Assembly (NCBI RefSeq): GCF_964204645.1
Contig: NC_134025.1
Coordinates: 25,462,299 to 25,526,298, forward strand
Source of the DNA: Tubulanus polymorphus
Lineage: Eukaryota; Animalia; Nemertea
Direction: 5' to 3'
DNA: 64,000 nt
The notes under the pieces were generated by a model. That model did no database searches. It saw nothing but the letters and a program-made list of their open reading frames with translations, and had not been told where the DNA came from. This document shows positions 62,981 to 64,000 of the stretch, in pieces. Every line of letters starts with the position of its first letter. Position 1 is the first letter of the stretch. The position numbers and the translations under genes were made by a program.

Positions 62981-64000
62981 ATGTCTCTCAGTAGCAACCC
63001 CTTGAGTTCTTCAAGCAGTAATAATAGTAGCTACAGCGACAACATGGATACGTATCAAGAATCATTAACCGGCATTCTGACATGGCTTCTAGAGGCCGAG
63101 GAATTGTTACAAGACGAGAATGATGCCTCTGATGAAGAAGACGTTTCAAAAGTCAAAGATAAATTCCAAACGCACGAAGTAAGTCAAAGAAATGGTTCAC
63201 CTACAAATGTCAATATTGAAATAGCATTCTGAAAAAGAGCACTTTTAGGCTTTTAAACATAATCCTCATTTTACGAAATCCATAACTGGAAGGGCACTTT
63301 CCTAGAAAGCTGGGATTGTTTGAACCTGTTTAACCCTCCTCGGTGTGTGCGCGTCATGTCATACTTATCACATTTCAACTCGAGAATTGTTGATGATTCT
63401 TCGCAATTATTGTTCATTGTAGGATTTCATGATGGAGCTCATGAAACACCAGGCAAGTGTCGCGAATGTTTTGCACGAAGGAAATCAACTGATACAAGAT
63501 TCTAAAATATCCCATGATGAAGAGGCAGAAATCCAAATTCAAATGGCATTATTGAACAATCGTTGGGAGGAACTACGAATAAAAGCTATGGAGAAACAAT
63601 CAAAGTAAGTTATTTGTTCGGTAAGAGGCCTTATATGGCAATAATGGGCTGACCATGGGTTTGGTGTAGTTTAATATCAGAGTGTAGGCCTCCTAGTGTT
63701 GTATTGACATCGTACCCTTTGTGAAGTAATTAATTACTCAGCATGAGTTGTCTCTGTGAATTATATGTGGCATTCTTGTCAGATGCTATTGCTTCATATA
63801 GCACTATAAACACTATGTTCTATAGCGTAGTCAATTGAGAAGCGAAGCAACTTGATCAAAACAATCTGATATTTCAATATTGATAGTTATATTGTGTTCG
63901 CTGTGAAAGCATGTACATGGTTGTGAAATCGTTGTTGTTTATTTCAGGTTACAACACACATTAATGGATCTACAACAAAGACAGTTGGATTCTCTTGATC
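62981..64000 (+). CDS. Dystrophin/utrophin-like protein, spectrin repeats 1-2; continues beyond the window
   Basis: Exons 62973-63178, 63423-63604 and 63948-end give MDTYQESLTGILTWLLEAEE.L...DVSKVKDKFQTHEDFMMELMKHQASVANVL.EG.QL...EE.EIQ.QM.LLNNRWEELR..AMEKQSKLQ..LMDLQ..QL, matching dystrophin repeats 1-2. Confidence 0.88.

Overview
AT-rich, gene-dense genomic DNA from an animal with short spliceosomal introns, probably a marine invertebrate (inference; the species cannot be identified from sequence alone). Genes in order: a PLP-dependent C-S lyase (Egt2/L-cysteine desulfhydrase-like, running off the left edge), an intronless PSMC6, NUDC, a 92-aa spliced gene missed by the ORF track, CIMIP1/C20orf85-like, FJX1, an orphan class A GPCR, akirin, myosin III with several alternative tails, RABL2 (with a U12 intron), DAP1, MAP3K2/3 and the 5' end of a dystrophin/utrophin-like gene. 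The most unusual structure is a 4.76-kb element (3684-8446) with 43-bp terminal inverted repeats, flanked by a perfect 84-85 bp direct duplication. It sits in the head-to-head PSMC6/NUDC promoter and carries nested MITEs, a mirror-image 42-bp satellite and two spliced exons of an IS630/Tc1/mariner-type transposase. Other leads: a dystrophin apparently lacking its actin-binding domain, a possible motor-less myosin III tail transcript, and a TIR element carrying a tRNA-Pro-like cassette. All gene models were assembled by eye; no database searches were run.
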